From Candidatus Eiseniibacteriota bacterium (GTDB lineage: Bacteria > Eisenbacteria > RBG-16-71-46): 64,000 nucleotides of DNA. Both the position numbers and the translations under genes were made by a program. The stretch is from positions 736,001 to 800,000 of the forward strand of contig OY970178.1 in the NCBI GenBank assembly GCA_963707915.1, given 5' to 3'. Each line of letters begins with the position of its first letter. Position 1 is the first letter of the stretch. A model generated the notes under the pieces. The model was not told the DNA's origin. It searched no databases and worked only from the letters and a program-made list of their open reading frames with translations. This document shows positions 58,887-64,000 of this stretch, piece after piece.

Positions 58887-61076
58887 CTACGGCCCCACGA
58901 CTTCGAGCCCCGCCCCGGGCTTCGTATCCGCGAGCAGCGTGACCTTGTAGCGGCGCCCGACCGGCACGGCCCACGCGCCTTCGCTGGCCGCGATCCGCAC
59001 CTCCACGCGGCCGCCTGCGAGCCGCGCGGCGAACCGCGTGAGCCGGTACTCGCCCGCGCGGTAGCCGTACCCGTCGCCGGCGTCCTCGTAGAGCGTGCCC
59101 GCGGCGTTGCCCCGCGCGTCGAGGCACACCAGCAGCTCGACCTCGTCGAGCGGCCGCTCGTCCACGTACTGGACCACGGGGCCGAGCGGCACGATGCCGC
59201 CGCCGCGCACCAGCAGCCGCGGCAGGTCGGGGTCGCGTGCGCCGCCGGCGATCTCCGCCGATCGCCAGATGCCCTTGGGAAGCATCGGCAGGTGGGATCG
59301 GTCGTCGGTGAGGTCGGGCACCACCAGCAGGTCGGCGCCCAGCAGGAACGCGTGGTCCTCGGCGCGCAGCCGGTCGTCCTTCGGGTCGGCGAAGAACACC
59401 GGGCGCGCCACCGGCAGCCCGTCCATCGAGGCCTCGCGAAACAGCGTGTAGAGATAGGGCATCAGCCGGTAGCGGGTCTCGAGCGCGCGCCGGCAGGTCG
59501 CCTCGACCCCGGGGCCGAACGACCAGGGCTCGCGCCGCGGCGAGCCCTTCTCGCTGTGCCCGCGGGCGAAGGGCAGCAGCGAGCCCACACCCATCCAGCG
59601 CGCGAACAGCGTCCCGTCGGGGGCGCCGCCGAAGCCGCCGATGTCGGGACCGCACATCGGCTGCCCCGAGAGCCCCAGGTTCAGCGCCATCGGCACCGAG
59701 GCCGCGAGGTGCCGCCAGGTGGCGCGGTTGTCGCCGGTCCAGCAGGCCGCGTAGCGCTGGGTGCCGATGAAACCGGCGCGCGTCAGCACGAACGGCCGCC
59801 GGTCCGGGCGCGCGGCCTCGAGCCCCTCGCGGGTCGCCCGCGCCATCAGCGAACCGTAGACGTTGTGGTAGCGCAGGTGCGGCCCGGGGCCGCCCAGCTC
59901 GGCGTCGGCACGGTGGCGGCTGTTCTCGGGCATGGTCTTCGAGCGCACGTCGAAGATGGCGGGCTCGTTCATGTCGTTCCAGATGCCGTCGGCGCCGGTG
60001 GCGGCGAAGCCGCCGACCAGCGCGCCCCACCAGGCGCGGGTCGCGGAGCGGGTGAAGTCGGGGAACACGCACGGGCCGGGCCACACCTTGCCGACGTAGT
60101 CCGCGCCGTCGGCGGCCTTGACCCAGTGGTCGCCGGCGCTGCCCTGCCGGTAGACCGGGTAGCCCGCGTCGACCTTCACGCCGGGGTCCACGATCCAGAC
60201 CGAGCGGAACCCGGCGGCGTGCAGCGAGTCGTTCAGCGCGCGCGGGTCGGCGAAGCCCCGCGGGTCGAAGGTGAACAGGCGGTAGCCGTCCATGTAGTCG
60301 ATGTCCATCCACATCACGTCGCAGGGGACGCGCCGGCGGCGGAACTCCCGCGCGACCTCGAGCACCTGGGCCGCCGGGTAGTAGGAGTAGCGGCACTGCT
60401 GGTAGCCGAGCGCCCACTTCGGCGGCAGCGGCATGTGCCCGGTGAGGTCGGCCAGCGCGCCCAGCACGGCCTGCGGGCTCTCTCGCTCGATCACGATGAC
60501 GTCGAACGGCGGGCCCTGGGCGCGGAAGGTGATGCCGTCCGCCAGGTCCATGGCGGTCCGCCCCGGCGTGTCCGCGAGCACGCCGTAGGCCGTGCCGTCC
60601 GCGCGAACGGCGAGCACCCAGGGGTGCGACTGGTAGAGCGAAGGCGTGTCCGCGTCGTAGCCGTAGGCGTCGGAGTTCCAGCAGGTGGTCGTGCGGCCGT
60701 TGCGCAGCAGCGGGCCCATCACCTCGCCGGTGCCGTAGAGCGAGGTGCCGCGCTCGACCTTGAGCCGCGCGGTGCGCATGCCCTGTTGCGAGGAGAACTC
60801 GGGCCGTGGCGCGAACGACGCGGGGGCGGGGCCGAGCACGCGCGGCGGCGCGGCCAGCGCCAGCGAGGGCAGGGCCTCGGCCCGCGCGGCGGAGTCGGCC
60901 CAGAAACGCACCACGCCCGCGCCGATGGACTCCGCCAGCCGCGCGGGCGTGAGGGCCGGCCGGCCGGGAGCGAAGAGGACGCGCGCGCCGGGGGCCGGCC
61001 ACCCGGCGCGCGCGACCGGAGGGGACGCGAAGCAGGCCAGGACGAGCAGGGCGGCCGGCAGCAGGCGGGGCTTCAT
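58887..61076 (-). CDS. GH31 alpha-glucosidase
   Basis: PPKWALGYQQCRYSY, DIDYM, WNDMNEP, WTGDN, GPDIGGF. Confidence 0.92.
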   Translation of the reverse strand: MKPRLLPAALLVLACFASPPVARAGWPAPGARVLFAPGRPALTPARLAESIGAGVVRFWADSAARAEALPSLALAAPPRVLGPAPASFAPRPEFSSQQGMRTARLKVERGTSLYGTGEVMGPLLRNGRTTTCWNSDAYGYDADTPSLYQSHPWVLAVRADGTAYGVLADTPGRTAMDLADGITFRAQGPPFDVIVIERESPQAVLGALADLTGHMPLPPKWALGYQQCRYSYYPAAQVLEVAREFRRRRVPCDVMWMDIDYMDGYRLFTFDPRGFADPRALNDSLHAAGFRSVWIVDPGVKVDAGYPVYRQGSAGDHWVKAADGADYVGKVWPGPCVFPDFTRSATRAWWGALVGGFAATGADGIWNDMNEPAIFDVRSKTMPENSRHRADAELGGPGPHLRYHNVYGSLMARATREGLEAARPDRRPFVLTRAGFIGTQRYAACWTGDNRATWRHLAASVPMALNLGLSGQPMCGPDIGGFGGAPDGTLFARWMGVGSLLPFARGHSEKGSPRREPWSFGPGVEATCRRALETRYRLMPYLYTLFREASMDGLPVARPVFFADPKDDRLRAEDHAFLLGADLLVVPDLTDDRSHLPMLPKGIWRSAEIAGGARDPDLPRLLVRGGGIVPLGPVVQYVDERPLDEVELLVCLDARGNAAGTLYEDAGDGYGYRAGEYRLTRFAARLAGGRVEVRIAASEGAWAVPVGRRYKVTLLADTKPGAGLEVVGP

Positions 61077-61179
61077 GCCCTCATGGTATCGGAGCGCCGG
61101 GCACACGGCGAGCCGGGGCGCGGCGGACGGCGACGACGCGGCGCGCGGCCGGCGCGCCCACCCGCCCGCGGATCCCGGC

Positions 61180-63456
61180 TCAGCCGGTGCCGTGCGGCCG
61201 CGGCGGCAGCGGGTCGAGCAGCGGGATCGCGCCCGGGCCGGGCCGATCGGAGACCGTCACCCCGCCGTCGCGCACCAGGAAACGCGTGAAGACCGGCGCC
61301 ACCGGGGCGAAACCGGCGGCCGGGAAGCGACCGGTCCAGCTGTGGCTCGGGTGGAACAGGCCGACCAGGTCGTTGAGCAGCGCCGTCGCCACCGGCAACT
61401 GCCCGCCGCCGCGGCCCAGGTGCACCACCTCGCCGGTCTCCTCGCCGGCCAGGACAATGACGTTGTCCGCGCCCCGCACGCCGCCGAGGTGCCCCTCCGC
61501 CGGGACCGCCGCGGGCAGCACGGCCGCCTCCGGCGGCCCGTCCTCGAGGCGCCGGAACAGACCGACCAGCTTGACCTGCAGCCCGAGCCGCGGCGCCCCG
61601 CGCACCAGCGCCGGGTCCACGTCGGCGATGCCGCGCACCGTGAGTTGCTCGATGCCGAAGCGCGCCCCCAGCGTGCGCGTGACCAGGATCAGCAGCTTCT
61701 GCGCCGTGTCCCAGCCGTTGACGTCCAGCCGCGGGTCGGGCTCGGTCAGCTCGAGCGCGGCGGCGTGCGCGAGCGCGGCGTCGAAGGACTCGCCGGCCTC
61801 GATGCGCTCGAGCACCACGTTGCAGGTCGAGGAGAGCACCGACTCGATGCTCCGGAACTGCCCCCGCACCAGCGGGCGCTCGACGGCGTAGAGGACCGGC
61901 CAGCCCGCGGCGATCGCGTTGTGGTAGGCCAGGCGCACGCCGTGCTCGAGCGCCAGGCGCTCGAGCGCCGGCCCGTGGCGCTCGACCAGCAGCTTGTTGA
62001 CCGTGACCACCGGGCGGCGGCGGCGCAGCGCCGCCTCGACCAGCGCGCAGGTGTCGCCGCCCCGCGTGACCTCGACGATCACGTCCACGTCGTCGCGCGC
62101 CACCAGGGCCGCGGGGTCGGTCCCGGTGTCCACGCCGGCGAAGTCGGCGGCCGCCAGCTTCTCCGCGTCCAGGTCCGCCACCGCCTTCAGCTCGAAGCGC
62201 AGGCCGTAGTCGAGCGCGACCTGGGCCTCGCGCTCCGCCAGCAGCTTGAGGAAGAGCCGCGCCACGCGACCGGCGCCGAGCACGCCCAGCCGCACGGTGC
62301 GCAGCTCCCGCTGCGCCGGGCTCGGCACGGCGCGGGGCCGGCGGATGTCGCTCTCGCGCAGCAGCGCCCCCAGCTGCCCGGTCTCGAGCAGGAAGGCGTC
62401 GTGCCCGTGCGGGGAGCGGAGCTCGGCGTACTCCACCGGCTTGCCGAGGTGGTTGAGGATGTCGGCGCCGAGGTGCACCTCCGCGGCGGGGTAGAGGTGG
62501 TCGGAGCTGATGCCCACCACCAGCGTGCGGCAGCGGACGCGCTCGAGCGCGCTGACCAGCGTCCCGCGGCCCTCGCTGACGTCGAACAGGTCCATCGCCC
62601 GGCTCAACAGGATGTAGGAGTACGGGTCGAAGCGCCCGGCCATCTTCCTGCCCTGGTGGCGCAGCCACGACTCGACCGTGAACATCCCGCGCTCGCCCAG
62701 CGTCGCGCCCGGCGGCTTTGCCCACTCGCGGCCGAAGCGCTCGTCCAGCCCGACCGGCGAGCGATAGCTCAGCATGCCCACTCCCCGGGAGACCATCTGG
62801 CCCCAGGCCGCTCCGGGCTCGCTGCCGGTGAGGTCCAGCTCGACGCCGCGGCGCTGCAGCCAGTTCAGCCCGATCTGGTACGGCGTGGTGCGCAACGGGG
62901 CCGCGACCACCACGACCTGCCGGGCCGCGTCGCCGCCTTCCACGGCCCATTCCCAGGCGATCATCCCGCCGAGGCTCGGGCCGATGACCATCTGCAGGCG
63001 GTCGATGCCGAGCTGGCGCACGAACCGGCGCTGCACCCGCATCAGGTCGAGCGGCGTCAGGAGCGGGAAGCGCTCGCGGTACGGCTCGCCATCGGGCGCG
63101 GGGAAGCGCGGCCCGGTGGTCCCGTAGCAGGAGCCCAGCAGGTTCGGGCAGACCACGAAGCAGCGGTCGGTGTCGATCGCGCGGCCCGGACCGATCAGCG
63201 CTTCCCACCAGCCGACCGGCTCGTCGCGGAAGTCGCCGGTCGCGTGGCAGTCGCTCGTCAGCGTGTGGGAGACGAGCACCGCGTTGTCGCGGGCGGCGTT
63301 GAGTTCGCCCCAGCACTCGTAGCTGACCTGGATCGCCTCGAGCCGGCCGCCGTGCACGGCCGTGAAGCCCTCCGGCAGGTCGAGGTGAAGCACGCGGGCG
63401 AGCGCGACGGTCGGTGACTCCGCCCAGAGCTCGCGGTGATCCCCCGGCGGCTTCAT
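61180..63456 (-). CDS. metX: Homoserine O-acyltransferase (MetX) fused to a homoserine dehydrogenase domain
   Basis: [25 protein letters not shown]; then [23 protein letters not shown]. Confidence 0.85.
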   Translation of the reverse strand: MKPPGDHRELWAESPTVALARVLHLDLPEGFTAVHGGRLEAIQVSYECWGELNAARDNAVLVSHTLTSDCHATGDFRDEPVGWWEALIGPGRAIDTDRCFVVCPNLLGSCYGTTGPRFPAPDGEPYRERFPLLTPLDLMRVQRRFVRQLGIDRLQMVIGPSLGGMIAWEWAVEGGDAARQVVVVAAPLRTTPYQIGLNWLQRRGVELDLTGSEPGAAWGQMVSRGVGMLSYRSPVGLDERFGREWAKPPGATLGERGMFTVESWLRHQGRKMAGRFDPYSYILLSRAMDLFDVSEGRGTLVSALERVRCRTLVVGISSDHLYPAAEVHLGADILNHLGKPVEYAELRSPHGHDAFLLETGQLGALLRESDIRRPRAVPSPAQRELRTVRLGVLGAGRVARLFLKLLAEREAQVALDYGLRFELKAVADLDAEKLAAADFAGVDTGTDPAALVARDDVDVIVEVTRGGDTCALVEAALRRRRPVVTVNKLLVERHGPALERLALEHGVRLAYHNAIAAGWPVLYAVERPLVRGQFRSIESVLSSTCNVVLERIEAGESFDAALAHAAALELTEPDPRLDVNGWDTAQKLLILVTRTLGARFGIEQLTVRGIADVDPALVRGAPRLGLQVKLVGLFRRLEDGPPEAAVLPAAVPAEGHLGGVRGADNVIVLAGEETGEVVHLGRGGGQLPVATALLNDLVGLFHPSHSWTGRFPAAGFAPVAPVFTRFLVRDGGVTVSDRPGPGAIPLLDPLPPRPHGTG

Positions 63457-63797
63457 CGGTCCGGCGACGCGGGGCAGGGGTGCGGCGGGCGGAGCATCCG
63501 GTGACCTCCGTTCAGGGCCTGCCGCGGCCCGCCCTGGCGGGCGGCGCGCGGGCGCGCGAGACGCGGACCGGACACCGCAATCCCGTCCGGGCCCCGTCGA
63601 TCTCCCCGGAGAGCGCGTGCGAGCCTCCCCGGTTCGCGGCCCGGTCCGCAGCTTCCCATACCCGGGCCCGCCCTGCTAGCGTCCCGGGGTCGCAGCCGCC
63701 CGACCGCCCTTCCTCGGAGGAGCCCGATGCGCAAGCCCACGCACGCCGACGCCGAGCCGCTGTCACGGCGCTCCGACCCGCGCCGGGAGCGCTGACC

Positions 63798-64000
63798 ATG
63801 TCCTCCTCCTTCGGCACGCTGTTCCGCGTCGTCACCTTCGGGGAGTCCCATGGCCCGGCCGTGGGGGTCGTGGTGGACGGCATGCCGCCCGCCATCCACG
63901 TGGATGTCGCCGACCTGCAGCGCGAGCTCGACCGCCGCCGGCCGGGGCAGAGCGCGCTCACCACGGCGCGCGACGAGGCCGACCGTGTCGAGGTCCTCTC
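63798..64000 (+). CDS. aroC: Chorismate synthase, 3'-truncated by the window edge
   Basis: My translation: [28 protein letters not shown]...RRRPGQ. Confidence 0.93.
   Translation, partial: MSSSFGTLFRVVTFGESHGPAVGVVVDGMPPAIHVDVADLQRELDRRRPGQSALTTARDEADRVEVL

Noticed and set aside
63460..63700. SAM or SAH riboswitch upstream of metX
   Set aside because: I could not match the conserved cores by eye; an Rfam scan would settle it.
1..64000. Many long alternative-frame and antisense ORFs (e.g. 1610-3772, 16370-19474, 60745-63417)
   Set aside because: These are Arg/Pro/Ala-rich shadows of real genes, expected at this GC content.
1..64000. CRISPR array or rRNA
   Set aside because: I saw no regularly spaced repeats, cas genes or rRNA-like sequence.

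Overview
GC-rich bacterial window. FlgD/T9SS-like C-termini and an SWGxxKxxYR-tailed protein suggest an FCB-group lineage such as Ca. Eisenbacteria or Krumholzibacteriota (inference). 0-8 kb holds a complete reductive pyrimidine catabolism cluster. 8-27.6 kb holds a TonB receptor, asnA, an intact IS481, a divergent GlpX-like protein, a patatin-barrel protein and several hydrolases. 27.6-41.8 kb is an accessory region ending at an intact tRNA-Arg(CCT). It contains two displaced 5' halves of that tRNA, three copies of an arm-site-like repeat, a PEMT-Lgt fusion, a kaiC-kaiB-hybrid kinase module and orphan genes, with no integrase in the window. The best signal is an IS110-family (IS1111-type) element inserted at a CT core in the anticodon loop of one displaced tRNA half. 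Its downstream non-coding region carries short matches to both the target (GTTTCCTAA) and its own ends, making it a candidate bridge/seekRNA directed at a tRNA anticodon loop. 41.9-64 kb holds core and secreted-protein genes: DUF2891, an aminotransferase plus atypical transketolase, GH144, a DUF4384-caspase-FlgD-PLC cluster, GH31, a metX-hom fusion and the start of aroC. Frameshifts in the class III aminotransferase, kaiC and the kinase may be sequencing errors. All product calls come from motif recognition, not database searches.
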